A stretch of DNA of 64,000 nucleotides, taken from NCBI GenBank assembly GCA_018668255.1, contig JABISZ010000010.1, positions 120,107 to 184,106 of the forward strand, in the 5' to 3' direction. The DNA comes from Pseudomonadota bacterium (GTDB taxonomy: Bacteria > Pseudomonadota > Gammaproteobacteria > Ga0077536). Both the position numbers and the translations under genes were made by a program. Shown piece after piece: positions 17,438 to 27,149 of this stretch (within the stretch, counting starts at the first letter, position 1; every line of letters starts with the position of its first letter). The notes under the pieces were generated by a model. It was not told the origin of the DNA. It did not search any database and worked only from the letters and a program-made list of their open reading frames with translations.

Positions 17438-17638
17438 TTAAATGCCTATTAGGAACGGTAGGTGTGATCCTGTAGACCCATTTTATATAGTTTCTATAAA
17501 AATAATGGGATCATACTAATAAGTAAGTAGTTAAAGTAAACATCCATCTGTAATTAAATCTCGTCTTTTTAGACAAGCCCCTTCCAAAAGCCATCTGCAT
17601 CACGCAGACTAACGACTCGACTTAACAGGAGAGGGATC

Positions 17639-19024
17639 TTGCATATTAACAAATACGGCTTTGATTTCAGCCGACGTGCGTTCATTGACAAAACAGCGAG
17701 CGGCGTTGGAGGGGCAGGTGTTTTAACTTCTCTGTGGCCCCAAATTTGTCGTTCCGCTGATGCTAGTGAAGCCTATCCCGAAGAGCTCCTAGATATAGAG
17801 TCATATACTAAAGGACGCGTCAAAGTTGGTGACACAATTGACAAAGACAGTGTGTTTCTCGTACAAGATCTCCTCGATCCTATTACATTTCAACAAGTAC
17901 TTCAGGATGGGAGAACCTTTGAAATACAGGCCTCTGAGCATGATATTGAGAAAGCATTTCCACCCTATTTTCTAGACGCGACTATCCGGAATCAAGGACA
18001 GGCGACATTTGGGGAAGACGGAAACGTCTATACTAAAAGTGGTGCGCCTTGGATAGGAGGACTACCATTCCCCGAACCTAAGACTGGCAATGAGGCAATT
18101 GCTAACATTACGCTCAGCTGGGGTAGACACGACAAAGGCATATATCCGATCCCTGCACAGACAGTCAACCCTGAGGGAGAAGTTCAATATGAATATGACT
18201 GGGTATGGGCTGAACAACAGTGCTCAGGTCTCGTACATCCGTCTGCTTCTGGCCCTTACTTAAAAGGGTACGAAGACCTTCTTCGGCTGCAGTCTATCTG
18301 GTTTACGCACACACAGGATGTCAAAGGTCACGCCTTCCTCAGTAAATGGAAATACAATCAAAAGGATATTCCAGGTCTATGGGGATACCTGCCTAATCTG
18401 AAAAGAGTGAGAAGATTTCCATCTAATCAACGGTTCGAGGCATATATGCCAGGCATGAATCTGTACCTGTCTGATGCATGGGCCTCAGGCGATCCGATGC
18501 TCACTTGGGGAAACTTTCGAATTATCCATCGTGGACCATTTTTAGGATCATCTCACTCCCAATGGCACCCTGATCGCGACAATTGGAAGCCAGATCTAGT
18601 CGGCGGGAAGCAGAACAAGAGCTATTTTAAAGTCGGAAAGTCACTTATTCCCGAGGTAATTGTCTTTGAAGGAGAGCCTATCGGCTATCCTAAGGCACCT
18701 GTATCCAAGCGCCGAATTTATATGGATGCCAGAAACATGGGTGCAGGGATGAGCATAACCTATGATAGAAAAGGTGAAATGTGGAAAGGCCTTGAAGGTG
18801 GAGGCGGGCAACTAAAGACTGATAAGCACGCTATAGTCGCAAGCGACGGTCGGCCAGAATGGAGCTGGAACTGGGCGATAAGTCACGACGTACAAAAAAA
18901 CAATGTAACTCGATTTCATCATGGGAAGACATGTCGTGGAGGTTGGGAATCAGCCCTTGACCCTGAAGAAAACATAGTCAGGGCTTATATGACAAAGCAG
19001 GCCTTAAGAAGACTAGGTATATAG
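17639..19024 (+). CDS. DUF1329-family (LolA-like) exported protein with twin-arginine signal
   Basis: 461 aa. TTG start preceded by AGGAGAGGG. Tat motif SRRAFIDKT followed by a hydrophobic region and ...CRSADA. Size and W/G/P-rich pattern are typical of DUF1329. Confidence 0.65.
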   Translation: MHINKYGFDFSRRAFIDKTASGVGGAGVLTSLWPQICRSADASEAYPEELLDIESYTKGRVKVGDTIDKDSVFLVQDLLDPITFQQVLQDGRTFEIQASEHDIEKAFPPYFLDATIRNQGQATFGEDGNVYTKSGAPWIGGLPFPEPKTGNEAIANITLSWGRHDKGIYPIPAQTVNPEGEVQYEYDWVWAEQQCSGLVHPSASGPYLKGYEDLLRLQSIWFTHTQDVKGHAFLSKWKYNQKDIPGLWGYLPNLKRVRRFPSNQRFEAYMPGMNLYLSDAWASGDPMLTWGNFRIIHRGPFLGSSHSQWHPDRDNWKPDLVGGKQNKSYFKVGKSLIPEVIVFEGEPIGYPKAPVSKRRIYMDARNMGAGMSITYDRKGEMWKGLEGGGGQLKTDKHAIVASDGRPEWSWNWAISHDVQKNNVTRFHHGKTCRGGWESALDPEENIVRAYMTKQALRRLGI

Positions 19025-19040
19025 AAGTGACTTCGGAGCA

Positions 19041-19814
19041 CTACTCCCGATAACCAACGTCCGTGCGATCAAGCATACGAAGCAACGCCGGCCAAGCAAG
19101 TTTGTGAAGCCCCTCTGATTCGATTAGCCGGTTTCCCTGATTAGATGAAGTAGCGATCGCTTTCTGAGATGGCAACCTAAGCTTGCCGCTGCTCATCGCT
19201 CGAACTTGCATAGTGCACGATCGCTCTAAAAGATACATCAACATAAAGCAGCTAGAAACCGACTCTCCTGCGGCTAAAGTTCCGTGATTACGTAATATTA
19301 AAATCTTCTTGTCGCCTATATCTTTAATTAAGCGTTCTCGCTCATCGAGATCTAATGCTACTCCTTCATAGTCGTGGTAAGCGACTTGCGACAGCAAAAC
19401 CATAGCAGTCTGCGTTAATGGCATCAACCCTTCCTCCATAGCAGAAACAGCAGCTCCATCGTCAGTATGAAGATGCATTACTGCCTTAGCATCGTGCCGA
19501 GCCATATGGATAGCGCTATGAATACAGAATCCTGCCGGATTGATCTCGTATTCACTGGGCATAACGATGTGCCCATCTAAATCGACTTTAACAAGGTTAG
19601 ACGCCGTGATTTCGTCAAACATTAATCCATACGGATTAATCAAAAAATGATCGTCTGGACCAGGAACACGGGCGGACAGATGCGTAAAAATCATATCAGT
19701 CCAACCATAATGAGCTACTAGTCTATATGCTGCCGCTAGATCGACTCTTGTATCCCATTCCTCGGCACTAACCTGTGATCGGACATCCGTTTGCAAATTC
19801 AAAGCACTAACCAT
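19041..19814 (-). CDS. class II aldolase / adducin-family protein
   Basis: 257 aa. THLSARVPG, FLINPYGLMFDEITASNLVKVDLDG, IHSAIHMARHDAKAVMHLHT. Confidence 0.8.
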   Translation of the reverse strand: MVSALNLQTDVRSQVSAEEWDTRVDLAAAYRLVAHYGWTDMIFTHLSARVPGPDDHFLINPYGLMFDEITASNLVKVDLDGHIVMPSEYEINPAGFCIHSAIHMARHDAKAVMHLHTDDGAAVSAMEEGLMPLTQTAMVLLSQVAYHDYEGVALDLDERERLIKDIGDKKILILRNHGTLAAGESVSSCFMLMYLLERSCTMQVRAMSSGKLRLPSQKAIATSSNQGNRLIESEGLHKLAWPALLRMLDRTDVGYRE

Positions 19815-19921
19815 AACTAAAGCTCTCCCTACAGACTTACTGGGTTACTATAGCAATAACTAGCGTAATGGCAATTACAACCTTAGCTAAAGCTGCAAAA
19901 GTAGGTAAGAAATTTCAAAAA

Positions 19922-20683
19922 ATGAATATTCAAAAGAAAAACTATAAGACGGTTATTTTTGATTTGTTTGGTACCGTTGCTCTTTGGGATAGAAACAAAT
20001 TACCTCGATTTACCTGGCTCGGAGAGGAAAAAATTTCGACATTAGGAGCCCTAAAGCTTGTATTAGAAGCGGAAACGGCGATTTCTTTCACAGATTTCTA
20101 TCGCTCCTTTCATGAGACCAATCTGACTATCGAGAATCAACGTAATGAGAGCGCCAGAGAGATTTCATCTCAAGAACGCTTCGAAAAAACCCTGCAAGGT
20201 TGCGGGCTAGAGTATTGCCAAGCAACAACGGAACTCGCCAAGAGGCTATCCACAGAACATATGAATCTGCTTGAAAGAGGCTGCTTCGTCCCTGAAAAGC
20301 ACGTGCAGGTAATCAAAGCACTCAGCGAATCTTACAGTCTGGCAATTGTCTCAAATTTCGATCATTCAAAAACTGCGCGCAGTATACTTTCCCGTGATGG
20401 GGTCTACGATTATTTTTCTCACATTGTGATATCAGAGGAGTTCGGGTGGCGAAAACCTAACCGCCTCATCTTCGAGCACGCTCTTGGATTGCTCAAGAGC
20501 AAATCAATAGAGACGTTATATGTTGGCGATTCCCTGAAAGACGATGTTAGGGGCGCAAAAAATGTTAATCTAGATGTGGCATGGGTAAATGCTTCTCCCA
20601 AGACTAAGTGTGGAACCAGCTTAACACCAACTTACGAAATAGCATCGATTATAGAATTAGAGCGGGCACTATTAAAAATTTGA
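19922..20683 (+). CDS. HAD-superfamily hydrolase (haloacid dehalogenase-like, DxFGT variant)
   Basis: Motif I VIFDLFGTV, IVSNFD, K in GWRKPN, motif IV YVGDSLKDDVRGA. Start placed at the internal ATG (MNIQKK). The ORF track start at 19868 is also possible. Confidence 0.75.
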   Translation: MNIQKKNYKTVIFDLFGTVALWDRNKLPRFTWLGEEKISTLGALKLVLEAETAISFTDFYRSFHETNLTIENQRNESAREISSQERFEKTLQGCGLEYCQATTELAKRLSTEHMNLLERGCFVPEKHVQVIKALSESYSLAIVSNFDHSKTARSILSRDGVYDYFSHIVISEEFGWRKPNRLIFEHALGLLKSKSIETLYVGDSLKDDVRGAKNVNLDVAWVNASPKTKCGTSLTPTYEIASIIELERALLKI

Positions 20684-20753
20684 TATAAATACCTTAGCAT
20701 AAGCGTAATACATTCCATTTCGGTGCAAGACGAAAATAGATATTCTTGGATTT

Positions 20754-21611
20754 ATGGAGAAACATAACATGGTCTTAAATAGTACTACCATTGAGGGTGA
20801 TATCGCATATATAGATAGTGTAAATCAAACCGCAGAACACCTGGTTTATCCAGTTTCTAGCGGTAAGAAAATCGTACGCCCTGCCAATAGTTACCAAAAA
20901 ATGATTATCAATGATGGGCGAAGGGAAATTGATAGTTTCAGCGTCGATTTGCAAGGGTTTTCGCTTATAAAACACCAATCAAGTGTTGCAGACTTCTACG
21001 ACAATGAGGTAGTAAAAAGACAATACTATCCTGAAATGATCGAGTTGCTAAAAACGCGATTAAACGCAACAGATGTGCTCATCTTCGATCACAATCAACG
21101 CAGTAAGGTCAGGGCAGCAGCGATGCAGCCAGAAGTTCGCAACCCAGTTGCATCAGCCCATGTTGACTACACCCTATCTTCTGCACCTAATAGAAGCATT
21201 GAAATACTTGAAAAGGCTAATAAAAGTCATTATGTGGGCCGCAGGCTCGCCTTAATAAATGCTTGGCGCCCAATCATAGGCCCTGCCGAGGACTTTCCTC
21301 TTGCCCTATGTGACATGAGAACAGTTCAGAGTAATGATTTGGTTCAGACCGACATCCACCATTTTAGCGAAAGCGATCCAGAAACGCCTAGGCATAGCGG
21401 GCAAATTTATTCTCTAAGACATAATTTCTCTCACAAATGGCACTACTTTTCTGCGATGGAACCAGATGAAGTCTTGTTACTTAGAAACTGGGATTCTACC
21501 GGCGACAAAAAGAGCGACTACACTCCGCACACAGGTTTTAAAAACGATCTCGCGCCAGAAGGCACAAGACCTCGAGAAAGTATAGAAATCCGAACTCTCG
21601 TTGTATATTAG
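20754..21611 (+). CDS. CmcJ/NvfI (AsaB-like) family oxidoreductase
   Basis: 285 aa. Family-typical VLIFDHNQR, SAHVDYT, LINAWRPI, DFPLALCD, WHYFSAMEPDEVLLL, PHTGF, RESIEIRTLV. Confidence 0.6.
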   Translation: MEKHNMVLNSTTIEGDIAYIDSVNQTAEHLVYPVSSGKKIVRPANSYQKMIINDGRREIDSFSVDLQGFSLIKHQSSVADFYDNEVVKRQYYPEMIELLKTRLNATDVLIFDHNQRSKVRAAAMQPEVRNPVASAHVDYTLSSAPNRSIEILEKANKSHYVGRRLALINAWRPIIGPAEDFPLALCDMRTVQSNDLVQTDIHHFSESDPETPRHSGQIYSLRHNFSHKWHYFSAMEPDEVLLLRNWDSTGDKKSDYTPHTGFKNDLAPEGTRPRESIEIRTLVVY

Positions 21612-21644
21612 GGGGACCATGAATATTCCTATATCGAGTAACCA

Positions 21645-22691
21645 ATGAGCTCTTGCTGCGAAAGCCCCTCGAAAAAGCTAGATCTTCTGCTATGGGGAAC
21701 AACAAGCGTAATTTTTATTTGTTACGTAATAATATTGAGTGCAGGTCTTTTTGATTTTTCAGGCCCTATACTTCAAAAAATCTCAGAGTTTTGCCACTCG
21801 GTCAAAATGATAATCGACACTATGTATTGGGGCATACTAGCAGGTGTCTTATCTGTAGGCCTGCTCTCTCGCGTTCCAAAAGAGTTTGTAATCGCGCTCT
21901 TGGGGCCTCGGGGTGTTAGCGGTATTCTAAGAGCTTCAGTGGCCGGCATCTTTTTTGACCTATGCAATCATGGTGTCTTACTCATTGCTGGCAAGTTATA
22001 TGAGCGAGGCGCATCTAACGGTCAGACGATAGCATTTTTAGTTGCTACTCCTTGGAATTCACTCTCCGTCACCTTCATCCTTATTGCCTTGATCGGGCTG
22101 AAATGGACCTTGCTCTTTATTTTCCTATCTCTACTTATAGCTATAGCAACCGGTCTAGCTTTCGAAAAACTTTCATCGATTGGCTACTTGACTCAAAATC
22201 CTAACCGAAGCGAATTGCCAGAAGACTTTATGGTTTGGCAACAAGCAAAAAAAAATATAAAAACATTCGATTGGAGCTTAGAAGCTTCATTGAGAACCTT
22301 GAAAGTGTCAGTACTTGAATCTCGTATGATATTACGTTGGATATTCCTAGGAATTATCATTGCCGCTTGTATCAGAACGTTTGTCCATCCTGACGATTTT
22401 TCTTCTCTTGTCGGTCCGACTCTAATGGGTCTCGCTTTGACCATCGGTGCCGCAACAATAATAGAAGTATGCTCTGAGGGGTCATCACCCATCGCTGCAG
22501 ATATCTTCAATCGAGCTCAAGCTCCGGGTAACGCCTTTGCTTTCCTCATGGCAGGAGTTTCAACTGATTACACTGAAATAGTAGTTTTAAAGCAGATATC
22601 TAGCTCTTGGCGTTATGCGATGGCTCTACCTCTATTGAGTCTTCCTCAGATAATACTTCTCGGATGGCTAATCAATCACTTAGTCACTTGA
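21645..22691 (+). CDS. ArsP_1/UPF0718-family permease with N-terminal Cys pair
   Basis: 348 aa polytopic membrane protein. MSSCCES N-terminus, GIFFDLCNHGVLLIAGKL, C-terminal repeat with EVCSEGSSPIAADIF. Confidence 0.6.
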   Translation: MSSCCESPSKKLDLLLWGTTSVIFICYVIILSAGLFDFSGPILQKISEFCHSVKMIIDTMYWGILAGVLSVGLLSRVPKEFVIALLGPRGVSGILRASVAGIFFDLCNHGVLLIAGKLYERGASNGQTIAFLVATPWNSLSVTFILIALIGLKWTLLFIFLSLLIAIATGLAFEKLSSIGYLTQNPNRSELPEDFMVWQQAKKNIKTFDWSLEASLRTLKVSVLESRMILRWIFLGIIIAACIRTFVHPDDFSSLVGPTLMGLALTIGAATIIEVCSEGSSPIAADIFNRAQAPGNAFAFLMAGVSTDYTEIVVLKQISSSWRYAMALPLLSLPQIILLGWLINHLVT

Positions 22692-22757
22692 ACTGTTCAC
22701 ACAGGAAGGCTCTAAATAGATATTAAGCGAGCGCCTGATATGTTCATAATGAAAGCA

Positions 22758-24641
22758 CTAGAATAATTGACTGGTTATCTGTGGGAAAAAAATCAAAGCA
22801 ATAGCTAATAAAAACGTGATCAATGCAAAAGGCATTGCCCCATAGAAAATATCGTTTAAAGAAATATCAGGATCGTCTATAGATGCTTTAATAGCGAAGA
22901 CACTAAGTCCTAGAGGGGGAGTGAGTAAACCTACTTCCACTCCAATCACTGTGATAATTCCAAACCACACTAAATCACCACCTAAATCCAAAACAGTGGG
23001 CATCGCTAATGGGACCATGATCAATAAAATAGACGTGCTGTCGAGAACCATGCCTAGGAGAACCAGCGCCACTAAGTAGATAAATACATAGCCCGTCAAC
23101 CCTAATCCAGATCCACTGGCTATAGAGCTCATTATGTCGGGCAAACCAGAAAGCGTAATCATTAAACCAAATGACGTCGCAGCTATGACCATTAAAAGAA
23201 TTGAAGCCGTTTTACCTGCAGCATCCTTAATTAAATTATAAGTCTGAATAAAAGTGACCCTCTTCATCGCAAGGGCAATAAATATTGCCATCAAGGCTCC
23301 GACAGCGCCCGCCTCTGTTGGTGTAAAAATACCACCATATATTCCACCAATCACGACAAATAATAATGTCAAAGTTGGTGCCATCATGAGAAGAATCGTA
23401 TTTATTTTTTCAGGCTTTGGTGGAACATCAGAATACTCGGATGTCACTGCAAAAGGGAGTCGAAAAAGCACACAAATAATCACCGTCGCACAAAGCATCA
23501 GAGCTAAAATAATGCCGGGAACAATTGCGGCAAGAAACAATTTATTGATCGATACTTCTGCTATAACACCGTAGATTATTAGCAGTAAACTAGGAGGAAT
23601 AAGCATCCCTAGGACAGAGGAACCAGCGATAAGTCCAAGAGAAAAACGTGCTGTGAATCCAAGCTCTATCATTGGGGGTGCAGCTACACGACTGAAAATA
23701 GCAGCTGAAGCGATAGAGATCCCTGTGATTGCAGCAAAAACAGTGTTTGCGGCAACTGTCGCTACACCAAACCCTCCTTTTACAGAACGAAACAGCCAAT
23801 GTGCGACTGTCAAGCTATCTCGTCCTATGTTTGCTTTTCCCACCACCAAGCCCATTAAAATAAAAAAAGGAACCGCGGCTAAGACATAGGAGGTTGCTGC
23901 ACTATTTACCACTAAACCCAGTGAATTAGCGGCTACCAGAAAATCCCCTTTCATTACAGCTATACCCACTGATGCGGCAGTCATTAATGAAAAAACCACG
24001 GGAACGCCAGCTAGTAGTAGAAGAAACAAAAGAAAGATCGCCCCAAGGCCAATAGAGGCACTTCCACTCAAAACATAAAAAGGTATGGGGGTTGCTATGA
24101 ATAAGCAAAAGCTGACCAGAAAAGAAGAGCTCCTGTTAGAACAGATTAGTCTTCCTATATGGAATAAAGAAGCAACAAACGCTAATCCAAATCCAATCAA
24201 TATAGCCAGCTTTAATGGCCACAAAGTCATCGTAAAGACGCCGACGACTCCAATAAATTGATCATTTTTTATCGCATAATTAAAAAGTGGCACAACTGAC
24301 AAAAAAACAATGCCGCTAATCAATAGGGTAAAGTACTCACTATAACTATAAAGCCCTAAGCGAATAATTCTTGTAGAACGCGTAACTAAAAAGTCAGTGC
24401 TAATTAGGCTACGGCTTAACACTTGCATAGGAGTAGCTAAAAAAACGATGATGGGGATCCCAAGGGAGACGATCTCTTCTATACCTAGAAAGGGTAAAGA
24501 GAATAGATTTCTTGCCACGATATCATAATTAACGAGGCCTACAACGGTTGCTAAAACTAGGGCTCCCCCTATATGGCACATTTGTATTAAGGACAGCAAA
24601 CCTTTCTGGAAGACTCCAAAGTATTTTATGAACCGAGTCAA
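22758..24641 (-). CDS. TRAP transporter fused small/large (DctQ-DctM) permease
   Basis: 627 aa, very hydrophobic, with an N-terminal DctQ-like 4-TM part and a DctM-like part. Its start overlaps the SBP gene stop by 4 nt. Confidence 0.8.
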   Translation of the reverse strand: MTRFIKYFGVFQKGLLSLIQMCHIGGALVLATVVGLVNYDIVARNLFSLPFLGIEEIVSLGIPIIVFLATPMQVLSRSLISTDFLVTRSTRIIRLGLYSYSEYFTLLISGIVFLSVVPLFNYAIKNDQFIGVVGVFTMTLWPLKLAILIGFGLAFVASLFHIGRLICSNRSSSFLVSFCLFIATPIPFYVLSGSASIGLGAIFLLFLLLLAGVPVVFSLMTAASVGIAVMKGDFLVAANSLGLVVNSAATSYVLAAVPFFILMGLVVGKANIGRDSLTVAHWLFRSVKGGFGVATVAANTVFAAITGISIASAAIFSRVAAPPMIELGFTARFSLGLIAGSSVLGMLIPPSLLLIIYGVIAEVSINKLFLAAIVPGIILALMLCATVIICVLFRLPFAVTSEYSDVPPKPEKINTILLMMAPTLTLLFVVIGGIYGGIFTPTEAGAVGALMAIFIALAMKRVTFIQTYNLIKDAAGKTASILLMVIAATSFGLMITLSGLPDIMSSIASGSGLGLTGYVFIYLVALVLLGMVLDSTSILLIMVPLAMPTVLDLGGDLVWFGIITVIGVEVGLLTPPLGLSVFAIKASIDDPDISLNDIFYGAMPFALITFLLAIALIFFPQITSQLF

Positions 24642-25717
24642 TTCGGACTCGTCTGATTTAATACAGCTTTATCCCAATCGAAAGTGGGTGTAACTCCTTT
24701 CGAGCGTAACTCATCCATAAGCTCAAATAAAATTCTTTTAGCTGGAAGGCCCATCCCTTGGTAACGGTCAACCCATTGCTGACTCAATGGTGGAAGTCCT
24801 TCGATCCATCGAAGCTTCTCTCGCCCATTTAAAGTTGAAAAAAATGCGCCTTCTTCTTTTAATTTTTGCACGGCAGTCAAATACAACTCCATGCCAGCTT
24901 GAGAACTTAATCGAGAATATTCTAATGCCACTTCTTTGAGTATCTCTTTGATTTCATCTGGCAGAGTCTTCCAGCGATCGCTGTTGACTGTCAATGCCCC
25001 AACAGACTGAGCACCAATTCCAACCAGAGTTATGTATGGTGCCACCTCGTGAAGCTTAAATGGATAAGCTCCCGTTAGAATAGTAACAGCGCCATCTGCT
25101 GCGCCTGTTTTAAGTTGTGTATAATAGCTAGTTAAAGCACCATTTACCGCAATAGCTCCAGTCCCCTTCAACCAGATAGAGGCTGCCCCGGGCGCTAAAA
25201 TTCTTTTTCCTTTAAGATCATCGATTGTATCAACTGGAAAATCTGTGACCAAGTGATAAGTATCTGTTCCTGTCGCCGCCAAGAATTCAACATTATTATT
25301 CCGCCAGCTTGAAGCCAGCTCAGGGATCTGGACATGCAGCTGATTTACAACTTCAATTAATGCAACAAGGTCATTGGTAATGAATGGTAAGTCATAAGTA
25401 ATGTTCTGGAGTGGTAACCGCGAAGACTCCCAAACAGAACCAACCCATCCCACATCTGATAAGCCGATCTGTACTCCGTTGAGGCTATCTTTCCATCTGT
25501 ATAGATTCCCATAATGCGCAGTCCAGCTTATTGAGTTTTTATACTCAGTAAGACTGATACGACGTTCGCATTCAGGAATAAAGTAATCACGAATTAATGC
25601 GGTCCAAGGTACGGTGGCTGGATGGGTCGTCGCAACCGTCAATCTAATATTTTTGCTATCCGCTAACACAGGAAAGCTAATGACTAAGGTAACCAATAGA
25701 AAGAATAATTGTCGCAT
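24638..25717 (-). CDS. TRAP transporter DctP-family substrate-binding protein
   Basis: Start moved to the ATG at 25717 (MRQLFFLLVTLVISFPVLADS signal peptide), which is preceded by AAGGGAG. The ORF track TTG at 25741 is less likely. Confidence 0.75.
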   Translation of the reverse strand: MRQLFFLLVTLVISFPVLADSKNIRLTVATTHPATVPWTALIRDYFIPECERRISLTEYKNSISWTAHYGNLYRWKDSLNGVQIGLSDVGWVGSVWESSRLPLQNITYDLPFITNDLVALIEVVNQLHVQIPELASSWRNNNVEFLAATGTDTYHLVTDFPVDTIDDLKGKRILAPGAASIWLKGTGAIAVNGALTSYYTQLKTGAADGAVTILTGAYPFKLHEVAPYITLVGIGAQSVGALTVNSDRWKTLPDEIKEILKEVALEYSRLSSQAGMELYLTAVQKLKEEGAFFSTLNGREKLRWIEGLPPLSQQWVDRYQGMGLPAKRILFELMDELRSKGVTPTFDWDKAVLNQTSPN

Positions 25718-25892
25718 ATGCTCCCTTGTGAATTTCAACAAATATCCTCTGAAGAGAGATACTAATCCCGAACCGAGTCCATTATTACAGCCTAACCTAG
25801 AACCAACAAATAATTAACCACAAACCTATCATTTTTCCTCGCTTTGCGTTACAACTAAATCATAAAAATTTTAATTATCGAGGGGACTAGTA

Positions 25893-26321
25893 ATGAGTGA
25901 GATCCATAACGGAAAATGTTTTTGCGGAGCAGTGGAACTCTCAGTTAATGGGGATGCTGCAGCAATGGGGTATTGTCACTGTGAGTCTTGTCGACATTGG
26001 TCTGCCGGTCCAATAAATGCATTCTCCTTATGGTCGCCAGAAAGTGTCACCATAACAAAAGGCGCTGAATTCATAGAGACCTTCGCGAAGACTGATGCTA
26101 GCCATAGAAAGTGGTGCAAGAAATGTGGTGGGCACATCATGACGGATCATCCCAGTATGGGATTGTTTGACGTTTATGCAGCTATTCTCCCTAGTCTAGA
26201 TTTTCAACCGGAAGTCCATGTTTTTTATAGCGAAAGGGTCGTGAGCATAAAAGATGGCTTACCAAAAATGGTTGATGTCCCTGCAGAAATGGGAGGCTCA
26301 GGAGAAACTCTGCCAGAATAA
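25893..26321 (+). CDS. GFA/CENP-V family zinc-Cys protein (glutathione-dependent formaldehyde-activating enzyme family)
   Basis: 142 aa. GKCFCGAV, GYCHCESCRHWS, KWCKKCGGHI cysteine clusters. Confidence 0.75.
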   Translation: MSEIHNGKCFCGAVELSVNGDAAAMGYCHCESCRHWSAGPINAFSLWSPESVTITKGAEFIETFAKTDASHRKWCKKCGGHIMTDHPSMGLFDVYAAILPSLDFQPEVHVFYSERVVSIKDGLPKMVDVPAEMGGSGETLPE

Positions 26322-26330
26322 AAGGCTCTG

Positions 26331-27107
26331 TTAGATGGCGGCTGTCATCCCGCCATCCACAGGTAAAATCGTACCCGTAATATAGGCGGACGCCCTGGAC
26401 CCAAAAAACAGGGCAACGCCTGCCATGTCTTCATAAACACCGAGCCTTTGCAGCAGAACTTTCTCACTGATCCGCTCCTCGCCCATGGATTCGATCATCG
26501 GAGCCATCATATCAGTCACAAATGGTCCTGGAGCAATGGAGTTTATATTAACGTGACGCCTTGCTAACGGTGTCGCAAGCGTTTTAGTTAGATGATGTAA
26601 GCCTGCCTTAGATACAGAGTAAGAGTAATTATCCCACAGAGGTGTTCGCAAGCCATCTACTGAACCAATATTTATAACTCTTGTCGGATCTCCTTTCGTC
26701 GCCTTGGCCGCCAACATTTCGAGAAAACTTTGTATCAGGAAAAACGGGCTTTTAAGGTTAAGAGAGATTACCTTATCCCAACCTTTTTCAGGAAAGGAAG
26801 GCAGAGAGCTGCCCCATGTCGTACCAGCATTGTTGACTAACACATCTAGTCCACTCTCCCTTGTCTGCAACTCTAAACATACGCGCTCAATCTCAGACAT
26901 CTGAGACAAATCCGCTGGTAAAGACGCACATTCTCCCAACTTCCCTAATCCAGCGGCAGCTTCGTCGCATACTCCAGAATTCCGAGAGCAAATATATACA
27001 TGAGCACCGGCCCTGACGTAGGCCTTGGCAATCATAAAACCAATTCCTCGAGAACCACCCGTCACAAAAACTACTTTATCTTTTACATCGAACAAAGACT
27101 CTGACAT
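26331..27107 (-). CDS. SDR-family oxidoreductase
   Basis: 258 aa. VTGGSRGIG, NNAG, YSVSKAG catalytic YxxxK. Confidence 0.85.
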   Translation of the reverse strand: MSESLFDVKDKVVFVTGGSRGIGFMIAKAYVRAGAHVYICSRNSGVCDEAAAGLGKLGECASLPADLSQMSEIERVCLELQTRESGLDVLVNNAGTTWGSSLPSFPEKGWDKVISLNLKSPFFLIQSFLEMLAAKATKGDPTRVINIGSVDGLRTPLWDNYSYSVSKAGLHHLTKTLATPLARRHVNINSIAPGPFVTDMMAPMIESMGEERISEKVLLQRLGVYEDMAGVALFFGSRASAYITGTILPVDGGMTAAI

Positions 27108-27149
27108 TAGGAACTCCTCAAAAAAACTACTGTACCTGCTTTACTCATA

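Noticed and set aside
25893-26321. Linking the GFA-family protein to formaldehyde released by the methylamine pathway.
   Set aside because: The gene is about 9.5 kb away, behind unrelated genes. The Mgd alpha-like subunit has its own folate-binding domain for C1 transfer. The GFA/CENP-V family is functionally heterogeneous.
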